Positions 38,401-48,044 are shown, numbered from the stretch's first letter. The stretch: DNA of 64,000 nucleotides from Batkoa obscura (GCA_030770535.1 JASVEC010000029.1:248001-312000), one strand, 5' to 3'. Notes: generated by a model from the letters alone, not told the origin. Program-made: numbers and translations.

Positions 38401-39469
38401 ACTTAGGCGGTATTAATAAGTTCTTAGGAGAAATAACGGGAATTCCAGACTGTTTATATGCTATCTCTGGATATTGATGAATTACGGATTCTGATCCGCA
38501 GAGAGTGACATCAATTAATTTATTGTTGGTCCGATAGTTCATTATACGGCAGCCAGGAGATTTATTGTTTATCATATTGATAGATAGGTCTCTTGGTTTA
38601 TTGTAGTACATTGGGATGGATTGATCTAATATTTTTAAGATATTTTGATCGTACAACAATTGACAACCGTGTTTCACAAAGAATTCGGTGCCTAGGAGGA
38701 AGTCATAACCTTCACTTTCTAATACTATTGCTGGAAAGGCTAAGGTTAGTTTTCCAAATTTGATTGGTATTGATGAGTATGCTCCTAGCGCTGTAGTAGT
38801 TCCAGTTCCAGCTGTACCAAAGGTGTCTGAGCAATCTATATCTGGTTTAAAGGATAATCGTTTTACCAGACGACTCGATATGAAATTGATAGGAGCTCCA
38901 CTATCTAATATGATGCGTACATTCTTTTTATAAATTGACGCATTGATGTAAGTACAATCGATGGAGTTAGCTTTGTCATCGAGGTTTACTAAAAGAATCT
39001 GTTTATTTGGATTCTGGTATTCTCTAATAATTTTTCTAAATGCAATTGCTAAGTCTGATTCTCCAGTTAAGATCTTGTCTAGCGGGATTGGGATCGTAAC
39101 ATTGGTTAACCACTGATGCGTGTTATCTAGTTCGCTTTGTGTGAGGGATAGTTTAGATAAATCGGATAATTGTGAGATGTAAGGTTTGGAGATCTCGTTC
39201 ATTGGAATCGAATCAGGAGCATTAATAGAGTTATCAGGTAGCTTGAAAATTCGAGGTGGAATGACTTTAGGGATTTCCACAACAGGAACTCTTTTCTTTT
39301 TAGGTCTACCACGAATTCGCGAAGGAAGTGCTAGGATGAGGGTAGAGGGGTCAAATTTTGAAAGCGTATTAACTTTAAGGTCTAATCCAGTGCTATCATC
39401 TGGATCAGGAGGAATTTTTAACTTCGTGGAAGGGGGATCCTCATTTATCCTCCCACTTAGAAGTTTTTT
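35447..39469 (-). CDS. pol: Pol polyprotein (protease, dUTPase-like, RT, RNase H, integrase), expressed by -1 frameshift from gag
   Basis: LDSGA protease site (~38900), YLDD (37472-37483), LHTDASLTAVGGVLSQ RNase H, HHCC and DDE integrase, WDGPY tail. The frame stays open from the slippery site through the track's GTG start at 39280. Confidence 0.95.
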   Translation of the reverse strand, partial: KKLLSGRINEDPPSTKLKIPPDPDDSTGLDLKVNTLSKFDPSTLILALPSRIRGRPKKKRVPVVEIPKVIPPRIFKLPDNSINAPDSIPMNEISKPYISQLSDLSKLSLTQSELDNTHQWLTNVTIPIPLDKILTGESDLAIAFRKIIREYQNPNKQILLVNLDDKANSIDCTYINASIYKKNVRIILDSGAPINFISSRLVKRLSFKPDIDCSDTFGTAGTGTTTALGAYSSIPIKFGKLTLAFPAIVLESEGYDFLLGTEFFVKHGCQLLYDQNILKILDQSIPMYYNKPRDLSINMINNKSPGCRIMNYRTNNKLIDVTLCGSESVIHQYPEIAYKQSGIPVISPKNLLIPPKSQIVLDTEISLWIPKEFHLSIYSIEGVSQLEPLTMPGILGNNMNETIKLLLANITKKEINISRGQQIGTIYVENNALINTFSKFATLEEFQIHEEAPNNQALFVEKDTINHLNQDEQLQFYKLLEEYKDIFATSEEDIGCARNTKHKVYTCDSLPVATKAYRKSQSELKAEREEVQKLLRLGLIIPSNSPWASPLMIVKKKDGTNRVVMDYRKLNKITKKDVYPLPRIDDAVDRLQGAKYFSAMDLISGYWQVEMDPEDQEKCALITSEGLFQPTRMPQGLSNAPATFQRLMDNTLGDLKLSCVLIYLDDLNVFSRTFIDHLTHLKAVFERLRQANLKLKPKKCSFFQTSLEFLGYKVSDKGLAPIPNKLDAVKELLPPTTMREVQVFLGLMNYYRRFIKDFSNLATPLFQLLKKEVKFQWKEEHQQAFEELRNKLLNAPVLMFPNFSKPFSLHTDASLTAVGGVLSQLDDNNCEHPIAYTSRTLSKHERNYTTTEKECLAIIHAIKAFRPYIYGTHFTVITDHVSLKWLYSITNPEGRLARWALKLQSYSFDIVYKPGKDHQNADGLSRLPRICLATPIDDDLYNLLGNKDKWPQQQPELKQWLEKNAQNIIVRDNALYKKIKGTYIPYIRPSSRLSACQQFHDVICGHSAFQKTYDTMKVSCYWESMIPDLEDFINNCDVCKREQSKIKATAYKFILPKHAFHTVSIDVIGPLCEASSVRGNKFIVVAIDHLTKWVEAKAIPNQTSFHISKFIYEDIICRHGSPQVILTDNAANFVNLVLPKLARLMAIKHSTAAPYHPETNGMVERVNGTLVRILRKLAFDKTSSWDEYLHSAILAYRYSVHSITKKSPFVMLYGRHPGLPISFAPLIVRQEEMSPDMYLLKLTKKLIAIQVDAFNALTDSKTRRYRQDISRLPRLAVFKVGDIVHLYPSYNQSRKNKLALKWDGPYEVIHKHLYDSYSIKHKRTSVIYNRVHAKFLKSAM
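39426..39469 (-). promoter_or_regulatory. -1 programmed ribosomal frameshift signal
   Basis: Slippery heptamer A_AAA_AAC just before the gag stop, 6-nt spacer TTCTAA, then stem GTGGGAGG...CCTTCCAC (8 bp, one G-U). Pol lies in the -1 frame. Confidence 0.85.
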
Positions 39470-41973
39470 GACTCGTTATCGGAGTCGACAAACTTCTCAG
39501 TATCATCGCCTTCAGTATCGTTATAATTGAGGTGATTTATTTGTTTATTTTTATTGAAACGTTCATTGTTGCGAACATTCTTTTCGAAATAATATTTAAA
39601 AATACCATTTTCTGGCTTTGGTTCAGTGCAGTTAACGGTAATGTGTCCATATTCACCACAGTTCCAGCATCCAGTAAATACTCGAGATTTACGATGGTTG
39701 GAGTAGTGTTGTTGAGTGATGGTAAAACAATGAAGGTATTCGTTGTTGTCCATCCCTTTATCTATGTGATTAACATATAATTTCTTGGGTCTAACTTCAC
39801 TTTTTGGACTTCCAAGGTATAATTCTAAAATCTCTATCATCTGTGTAACGTTGGTGATGTTATGGTGAGGATCTAGAAAAAGGCATGCGATATGACTTGG
39901 AAGGTTTCGCTGGAAGGCCAGGCGGAGGTCTGTAACGCTTAACTTTCCACAGGAAATTAAGGCATTAGCACGATTTCTTACGTTTGTAATGAAACTCTCA
40001 AGTTTATTTTCGTCGTCTAAACGTAAAGATAAGAGGGCTGCCTTTTTTGCTTCCATTTTTACATCGGAATCATAATGGTCTATAAACGCCTTTTTGAAGG
40101 AATCCCAATTACTGCGTAAGTCGTCAGGTAAAGTCATGCACCAAGAAAGTTCATTTGTTTGTAGTTGACCTAAAAGGCATTGAGGACGACATTCATAGGT
40201 CCAGTTGTTAGCATCGAGATGAACTTCTAGAGCTTTAATGAAGGTAGTAGCAGTAATTTCACTTGGATTGAATAAAAGACTAAAATTAAACTTTGTGTTA
40301 ACAGGTTGGGAGCTTCTTGGGTAGTTGTGGCGGTGTGTTGAGAAGCTATGTGATTTTGGATCGTTACCAGAAGGTCCAGGATGACTAAAATAAGCGTCAT
40401 GGGTATTGTGTGATATACCATGATCATGTTGAACAGTAATCGGATCGGCTTGTACGTAGTGAGGTGAAGATTTCTCATAGGGTATATGTTGAGCGATTTG
40501 AGGGGCAATATGTGATGACTTATTTTTGTTAAAAGGATTGGCTAGGTTGACTTCAGCATAAGATTGTACACGAGGTCGTATTGGATCAGCGTTAGATCCT
40601 GTAGCAGGATTTCTTGAGTAAATACCATCAGTAGGTACAGCAGTCATTCTAGGATTTGATTGGGGTAGGTATGTGGAAACTTGGGGAGAGTTCTCTTCTT
40701 TCTTTGTTTGATCATCCGGTTGTACCAAGTGAACAGACCCATGATACTTATGGTTTATTTGATATTCAGTACCAAAGATAGATTCTGTGGCACTATCACC
40801 CAGATCATACATATTGTATCTTGGAACGTCTCTGTAACTCGAGAGTCTGGAGGGAGGTGCTGAAACAGCAATACGCTCCTTTCTACAATTGCAAGAAGAT
40901 GCCTTGATTTGGTTAGTATTTGAAGCTACCTTAGTCTGAAGAAGAATGAGCTCTTCTCTGGTACTCTGTATGTTACGCGAGATTTCCTCCCAGTCAACTA
41001 CTGTTTGTTCTTTGTCCAGTCTAATTTGTTCCTTCAAATTATTATTGGAGGTGATAAGCTGGCTAATGGTAGTCACTTGTTGAGCCATTTGTTCATTACA
41101 AACAGCTAAATCTTGTTCTAAAGCCAAGATTCTAGCATCTTTGGTTGAAGTAGATGGAGGGGATTGTTCAATACAGGATAAGCGGTGATTATACTCTTTG
41201 AATTTATTCATTAGCGATCTGTGGAGTTCTGCGAAAGTGGCTTTTGTTTTTCCGTCAATATCTGAGATTCTTTCAGTAGTATGGTCATTGATCTCAGTGA
41301 GGGAAAGGTTGATCTCATCGGAGATTTTAACAAGTTCAGAATGTAGAGCAGTATCGAGCTGACGTAATTCAGCTTTGAGATCTCCTACTTCTCTTACTAA
41401 CTCTCTGTGGGCTTCATAGGTAACGGTGTTATTGAGTCTTTGATTGAGCTCATTTAACTTACTAACATGGAGTTCATTTGAAGGGGCGATGACACCACTC
41501 TTTTGGTTACTGATCATGGAAAGGTTGTTAACCGTAGCTAAAAGTGAGCTTAAAGAGGTAGACAATTCATTGTTATGAATTGAAAGACGGTCGAGTTCAC
41601 CAACCATCTGGATGAGTTTGTTGTGCAGGAACTCTACTAGATATTGTTGAACGTGGGAAAGGGTAGGTACCGTTTGGTACTGGGCACGAAAATTGATTTG
41701 AGTACTGGAGCCACTATTTTGGTATTGTCTCCAAGCGGAGAGGTCACCATCAAGGACGTGCATAGGGACAGCTCCGTAGGTAACGACTGAGTTTACAACG
41801 TGAGGAGGTAGTGCAGCTTGATTTAAAGCAGCAGTTTCTATTTCTGGGGTCAGAACACTAGCTTCCTCTTCATCACTACTACCCATGTCGTATTCAGTGA
41901 TGATCAACTGTTGACGGTTATCAAGAAGGTATTTTGAGTCCGCAAAATAAGGTACAAGACCATTGTCGACCAT
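39457..41973 (-). CDS. gag: Gag polyprotein (838 aa) with long N-terminal coiled coil and CCHC zinc knuckle
   Basis: Starts ~110 bp after the PBS; capsid-like segment (NWDSFKKAFIDHY) and knuckle CWNCGEYGHITVNC at 39628-39669. Confidence 0.9.
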   Translation of the reverse strand: MVDNGLVPYFADSKYLLDNRQQLIITEYDMGSSDEEEASVLTPEIETAALNQAALPPHVVNSVVTYGAVPMHVLDGDLSAWRQYQNSGSSTQINFRAQYQTVPTLSHVQQYLVEFLHNKLIQMVGELDRLSIHNNELSTSLSSLLATVNNLSMISNQKSGVIAPSNELHVSKLNELNQRLNNTVTYEAHRELVREVGDLKAELRQLDTALHSELVKISDEINLSLTEINDHTTERISDIDGKTKATFAELHRSLMNKFKEYNHRLSCIEQSPPSTSTKDARILALEQDLAVCNEQMAQQVTTISQLITSNNNLKEQIRLDKEQTVVDWEEISRNIQSTREELILLQTKVASNTNQIKASSCNCRKERIAVSAPPSRLSSYRDVPRYNMYDLGDSATESIFGTEYQINHKYHGSVHLVQPDDQTKKEENSPQVSTYLPQSNPRMTAVPTDGIYSRNPATGSNADPIRPRVQSYAEVNLANPFNKNKSSHIAPQIAQHIPYEKSSPHYVQADPITVQHDHGISHNTHDAYFSHPGPSGNDPKSHSFSTHRHNYPRSSQPVNTKFNFSLLFNPSEITATTFIKALEVHLDANNWTYECRPQCLLGQLQTNELSWCMTLPDDLRSNWDSFKKAFIDHYDSDVKMEAKKAALLSLRLDDENKLESFITNVRNRANALISCGKLSVTDLRLAFQRNLPSHIACLFLDPHHNITNVTQMIEILELYLGSPKSEVRPKKLYVNHIDKGMDNNEYLHCFTITQQHYSNHRKSRVFTGCWNCGEYGHITVNCTEPKPENGIFKYYFEKNVRNNERFNKNKQINHLNYNDTEGDDTEKFVDSDNESKNF

Positions 41974-42082
41974 AGTTGAGAATTAAGGAGGTTAAGGGGG
42001 TTTTTCTTTGTTTGGGGTGGTTACGCGGTAAGGACCGTAAAGGAAAGATTATAAAGGCTATCTAAAATAGTTATAAGAGCTT

Positions 42083-42100
42083 TCCCAGTTATGAGCGCCA
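42083..42100 (-). promoter_or_regulatory. Primer-binding site (tRNA 3' end complement)
   Basis: TGGCGCTCATAACTGGGA begins 2 nt after the 5' LTR. Its complement ends ...GCCA with a G73 discriminator and C61/C62 as expected for a tRNA 3' end; tRNA identity (perhaps Arg) not established. Confidence 0.75.
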
Positions 42101-42102
42101 AA

Positions 42103-42502
42103 TGTGAAATCTGGTACTCAGGGTTTGGAGTCAAGAACAGCTATTGCTGGGTTGACTACACTATAAGTCAAAAGGTCTTAGTTTATGTGACTAAGATAGA
42201 CTTGGGTTATGAGGAATAGCACGTAATAGGTTACAAGCTATATAAGACAAATAGAATAGACAATACTAATGTAAAATCTATGTAAAATACTATTAAGAAA
42301 ACTTAGTGGCTTTATTAAATGTTCGAGATATCAGGGATTAATTCAGTTAAAAAGCCTCGAACTATTATATTCTGTAAACTCTTTTATACTCTGAAAAGTA
42401 TAAGTATCAAAATGAGAAGATAATATTCTTTTGGGTGGAACTAGAAATTCTCATAACAAATCAAAATAATTAACCATGGGACTGACAAAGCGATATTTCA
42501 CA
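42103..42502 (-). repeat. 5' LTR (400 bp)
   Basis: Direct repeat of 34950-35349; the minus strand carries AGTATAAAAG (TATA-like) and a downstream AATAAA. Confidence 0.95.
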
Positions 42503-42673
42503 CTGGTAAAGTAATATTTCATAATAATGCTGCATAAATAATTATTTTTATTTAAAATAAAATATTTTATTATATAATTAAATTTCGAACTTTACTTATA
42601 TTTTTAATTTTTAATTATAAAATATGCTTCATTTTTTTTAGTTATATTAGATAGCTTTTTTTAAATATTATAT

Positions 42674-42771
42674 GGGGGTGTCTTTTTTGGCTTCATCACT
42701 TTTTCCATTTTTTAAGCGCTATTTGAGTGGAAAAGCTACTAGTAAAATTCTTAAACAAAAAATACATCCCC
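42674..42771 (+). mobile_element. MITE family A
   Basis: GGGGGTGTCTTTTTTGG...AAAATACATCCCC; left flank ATAT, right AAGT. Confidence 0.9.
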
Positions 42772-43036
42772 AAGTAAGTTTTAAACATTAAATTTTATAA
42801 TAAAAAAACGAATTACATAAAAAACTAATAAAAAAATAAAATAATTAAAATAAGTTTATTAAAACTAACTATAATAAAATTACAATAATAATATTTTATA
42901 TTTTATATTTTAATATAAAATATTATATATAAAAAACATATTATTAGTCATAATTTTTTATTATAATTATTAAATATAAATATAAATATAAATACAAATA
43001 TGTAAAGATAATATCTTACAACTTTAAACTATATTT

Positions 43037-43130
43037 GAGGATGTTTTTTTTGGTTTCATTACTTTTTCCATTTTTCAAGCGCTATTTGAGGGAAAGATTG
43101 CTAGTAAAATTATTAAAAAAGTACATCCCC
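43037..43130 (+). mobile_element. MITE family A
   Basis: GAGGATGTTTT...GTACATCCCC flanked by ATTT/ATTT. Confidence 0.87.
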
Positions 43131-44197
43131 ATTTTATAAAAATTAATTTAATTAAAAAAATTTTAAATTATTATAATATAATTAATTATTGAGCTGATAA
43201 AATACTATTATATAATACTATTATTTGAAGTTTTTTTATTTTATTTTATTAAATTTATACCAATTAAATTTAACACATTAGTATTGTTTATTGTTAGCAA
43301 TTTCTAATATAAAATTTTTATAAAATCTAATGCAATAGTAAATAAAGTTAAAAAAAAATACTATTATTAGTATTAAAAGAAATAATTACTCATACTAATT
43401 TTCAGTTCAAATCAAAGTAAACTTTTTTTTTTGTTAATATTGATTTTTTTAACTAAACTTAGCATATTGATAAATTAATTTGAAATAGTTTTTTGTAATT
43501 TTTTATTTAAAGTTAAATGTTTTTTTTAAAATAAATAGCTGTATAATTAATAAAATATTTAATAAATAAAACACAGAATAAATAAAACTTCAATCATAAT
43601 AAAGCTATATTTTATTTAATAATAGCTTAACATAATATTTAAATAATAAAAATAAACCAGTGTTATATATTTTTAAATTTAATTAAAGTTATTAACATTT
43701 TTAATGATTCCGAAAATCTATAATTATAAATATAACTATTGACTTTGATAAATAAGCTTGGATAATAAAATAAAATAATAATAAAAAAAGTTACTGAGAT
43801 TTTGGTGGAAATTTATTAGAACTTCATAAGCTTTTTAAAAAAATAGTTAATAAAAAAGGTAGAATGACTCAATAAAGATCATGCGACTATTATTTATTTA
43901 ATTGGACCCTGACAAGAATTTCTCATCTTTTAATTCTTAATTTTACTAAACTCTTAAATGGAACCTTAACATTGGTCATTCAGTTGGAATTAACCAATAA
44001 TACTCGAATCTAAAAAATTAGTAAATGAACCACTATTTAGTTGAACTACTAAATAAAGTAATAAAATAATTATTAAAATCATAAAAAAAGTAATTGTCAT
44101 ATTCTTAAATTTTGAAATTGGAGGTTGTATATAAATGAAATAAATATTGACCTTTTCTTAATTTAAAAATTTTATCTGTTTTTTTATTTAATCTACA

Positions 44198-46431
44198 ATG
44201 TTACCGCTCTATCTATTTTTCATATTACTATCTTCGTTATTAGCAAAGGAAGGAACAGTAGCCCCATACACATTAAATAGTGTTAAATTACCCAAAGTTG
44301 TTTTATATAATTTTAAATTAGATTTTGAAATCACGTTATCTTTTAAAACTGGTGAGTTTTATAAAAATTCATATAAATTTGTTCATTAAAACTAATTAAA
44401 CATCATTTAGTTAATGTCAATGAATCCATTCCATATCATATTTATCAAGGTAGTACTCGAGAATCATCTGAATTAATAGGGTTTGGTAGTTTAAACGCCA
44501 ATGACGGTGATGATTTTATATTAGATTCTGGTACTTCGGTTCATAAAGGGGAATATTTAGCCCATTATAATATCAAAGATATTGATTGTATCAATCAAGT
44601 GAATCGTAATATATATATAACTATTTCTTATAAAGATAATGAAATAGCTGAAGTATCTCAAATAGTTCATGGTATGCCAGGATGGGTGACTTTATTACCT
44701 ATCTTATTATTGTTAGGAATTGCTTTATTTTCTAATCAAGCATTAGTGGCTTTAATTGCAGGTGTATTTTTAAGTTCTACGTTTATTAATGGATTTAATC
44801 CATTAACAGGGTTTTTAAGAATGTTAGATTATTATACTATTCAATCCTTAGCTGATTTAGATCATACTAAAATTGCCATGTTTACTTTTTATTTAAGTGG
44901 AATGATAGCTATGATTCAAAAGAGTGGCGGGGCTCAAGCATTAGCTGATAAAATTAGTAGTTTCGCGTCTAATAGAAGGCGTGGTCAATTAGCTACCTTT
45001 TTGATTGGTTTATTAATATTTTTAGATGATACAGCATCGATCATGATTGTTGGTTCTAATTTTCAACCTGTTACAGATAAATTACAATTATCTAGAGAAA
45101 AGTTAGCTTTTTTAGTTCATTCTACTTCATCTCCTGTTTCTTCTTTATCCCCAATTTCTTCTTGGATTGGATTTCAAGTGGGTTTAATTGCATTACAATT
45201 AAATTCTTTGAATATTCAAGAAGATCCGTTTATTTTATTTTTACAAACAATACCATCAAGATATTATCCCATATTTATGTTAGTGTTAACATTGATTACA
45301 ATTGTATTTAAAAGAGAATTTGGGCCAATGTTAGTAGCTGAACGACGAGCATTTATTGATGGAAAAGTATCTAAAGAAGACAATAATAATTTAATTGAAG
45401 ATAAAGATCCATTAGAACCCAAAGAAAATTGTCCAAAGCGTTGGTTTAATGCAGCCATACCAATATTAATTACTATTATTGTTACTGTATTAAGTTTAAT
45501 GTTATCAGGATATTATAGTTTATTAGATAAACAAAGTAAAGGTGAACAAGTTTCTTTTTCAGCTGCAGATATTGCAGGTGCTGGTGATCCATATGGCTCC
45601 TTATTATATTCTTCATTTACTGGTTGTCTAACATGTATTTTATTATATAAAATACAACGCATTATGAATGTGACTGAATCAGTTGAAGTTTTAATTTATG
45701 GTGTAAAAGATGTAGTTGAAACATTAATTATATTAATATTAGCTTGGGCCATTGGTAATGCGTTTTTAGATTTAAATTGTGCTAAATTTTTAGTTTCTGC
45801 ACTATCTTCTTCATTACCAAAAGGGGTAGTACCTTCTATTGCTTTCTTATTTGCTTGTGTTATTTCTTTTACTACCGGTACTTCTTGGGGTACTACTACT
45901 ATTATGTTTCCATTAGTTATTCCATTAGCTCATGAAACGGCTCCTGGTGATCGATTATTATTATTAAATACTATCTCGGCCATTTTAGCAGGTGCTTTAT
46001 TTGGTGATCAATGCTCTCCTATTTCATCTACTACTATTTTAACTTGTTTAACATCCAAAGTTCAAGTTAGAGCTCATGTGAATTCACAATTACCTTATGC
46101 TATATTAGTTGTATTTTCCTCACTCGTTTTAGGTTATCTTCCATTAGGTTATAATATCTTCCCAGATTGGGCTGGATTATTAGTTGGTATTGGATTTATG
46201 TGCTTAGTATTCTTCTTAATTGGAGAACCTTCAGATCGAGTAATTAAAGTGGGATCAAGTTATGGGATTGTTGGAAGATTTCTTCAAAGGTTAATTCCTT
46301 TTAAAAGAAATCAAGAAAGTGAGGAGGAGATAATTGATAGTCATGATAATTTAGATGTTTTTATAGAAAATGCTTTACCTTTACCTTCAAATTCAAATTC
46401 AGGTACTTCTACTCCTCATCCTAAAAATTAA
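44198..46431 (+). CDS. NhaC-family (IT superfamily) Na+/H+ antiporter-like membrane protein with N-terminal signal peptide
   Basis: Exon 44198-44351 plus intron 44352-44410 (GTGAGT...TTTAG) joins the 610-aa ORF in frame (724 aa). Motifs IFLDD, LSREKLAFLVHSTSSPVSSLSPISSWIG, SFTTGTSWGT and GALFGDQCSPISSTTIL; many hydrophobic segments. Confidence 0.88.
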
Positions 46432-46528
46432 AATTTAGTTGTTTTTCTTGAAAGCTAATATGCTTTGTTTTTTAGTTAATAAATGGTCAAAATTTCTTTA
46501 CTCTTTTTATAACTTTTATTTTTACTTA

Positions 46529-48044
46529 ATGAATTTATTATTATCTTATTTTCAATTTCAACAAGGTATACCATTAAAATTAATTGATTTATTTCAACAT
46601 TGGTCAAATGTAAATTCATTTTATTACTTTATTATTATTATTTATCTATTTAGTTTGATGATAAAGAGAAGTTGCAGATAGAGATTTATAACGAAGTAAA
46701 AAATCAATGCTATAAAATTTAAAATTAACATGTTTTTAAGATCTTAATTAAAAGTAAATTAAAAGTCCATGATAAAGAGATAGTTATACCAAGCAAAAGT
46801 TATCACTTTTCATTTATTAAACATTTAATACGATTATTGGAAAAAGAAAATGAGGTAAAAATAATTTAAAAAAAGATACTCTCAATTACATTATTAATCT
46901 TAAAATATTTTTAAAAGCAAGTGAATGAATTAATTTATGATTATTCCAGTTTTTTATTAAATGGTAACAATTAATTACTTAGCAATTCTATTATAAATTT
47001 ATTATTATAGAAAATGAAGATTATTTTTATAAAAGATATTCAATCAGTAATTCCACTTCAATATTATTAAAAGAAGATAAATTTTTAATATCTAATGGTA
47101 CTACTGGTTTAAGAACTTGGTAATTGAATTATTTTATTAAATAATATTCAATGTTAAATGGAATTTATTAAAAGGCAAGCTAGGTAGATAATAATATTAT
47201 TATTATTATATTACTATTTTATAGAGCTATTATTTAGTTTAAGAATGATTGAATATCTTCAAGAGAATCTAGGTAATAATAAATAAACAAATAATGGCTT
47301 ATATATTTAATATAATATTTTAGATATTATAAAAAATAAAAGTATATTAGAAATTGGATCAGGAATTGGGTTATTAGGTATTTATTATAATCATGTTATA
47401 TTATATTATATTATATTATTTATAATATTAATTATTCGTTCATTCATTAGGCATAACATTATCAAAATTTCATATTAAAAATATAACATTAAGTGATGTT
47501 CATGATTCTGTATTAAGTTTATTAAAGGGAAATATAGAATTAAATCAACTTAATTTAGATATAAAACAATTAGATTGGGATAATTATGAAGAAAAAGATT
47601 TATTAAATTATGATGTGATGATTGGTACGGACGTAGTAATGATTTTATTAATTATATTTATAATATGATAGAATTATATGTATTAATAATATTGTTATTA
47701 ATGAATAGGTATATGATCCTAGTTTAGCTATAATTTTAGCTAATTTTATTGGCCAATTTTTAAAATTAAATTTTAAATCTCAAGTTTGGTTGGCTTGTAC
47801 ATTAAGAAATGAAGAAACATTTCAAATATTCCAAAACAATTTAGGTAAACAACATAATATATTGTATCATTTAATCTACATTGTGATTAATTAAACTAAC
47901 TAATAATAATATATAGATCAACAAAACGAATTAAATTATATCATTGAAGATTTACCCTTAAAGTTTAATTCTAATTTTTATTATGAAGATTGTTATTCTT
48001 TAATAAAATTAATTAAAATTCAATCTAAAATGAATTTTAATTAA
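46529..48044 (+). CDS. EFM3: Protein-lysine methyltransferase, EEF2KMT/FAM86/Efm3-like (about 11 short exons; missed by the ORF track)
   Basis: Spliced translation: PSKSYHFSFIKHLIRLLE (FAM86-like), ISNGTTGLRTW-QAS-LRMIEYL, SILEIGSGIGLL-G (motif I), ITLSDVHDSVL, QLDWD, IGTDV-VYDPS, ACTLRNEETF. Confidence 0.82.

Larger units (their letters stand above)
34950..42502 (-). mobile_element. Full-length intact Ty3/Gypsy LTR retrotransposon
   Basis: 400-bp direct LTRs (34950-35349, 42103-42502) with TGTGAAAT...ATTTCACA ends and no difference seen by eye; 4-bp TSD CTGG (34946-34949 / 42503-42506); PBS and PPT; gag then PR-RT-RH-IN order. Confidence 0.97.

Noticed and set aside
35634..40863. Short ORFs overlapping gag/pol (35634, 37864, 38178, 39186, 39532, 40227, 40681)
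   Set aside because: Antisense or alternative-frame shadows of the long ORFs, without motifs; there is also no room for an env-like ORF, since pol ends under 100 bp from the 3' LTR.
42083..42100. PBS contains GCTCATAAC, identical to the tRNA-iMet anticodon loop (half-tRNA priming?) and complementary to GTTATGAG in the LTR (Tf1-like self-priming?)
   Set aside because: It has the same sense as the tRNA, so it cannot anneal. The LTR complement lies upstream of the TATA-like box, so it is probably not at the transcript 5' end. A normal TGG-starting tRNA 3'-end PBS explains the site.
34945..42520. Reconstructed pre-insertion site CC-TGGTAAAG after the older LTR as a remnant PBS
   Set aside because: Only TGG matches; the following bases are AT-rich and no internal element sequence follows.
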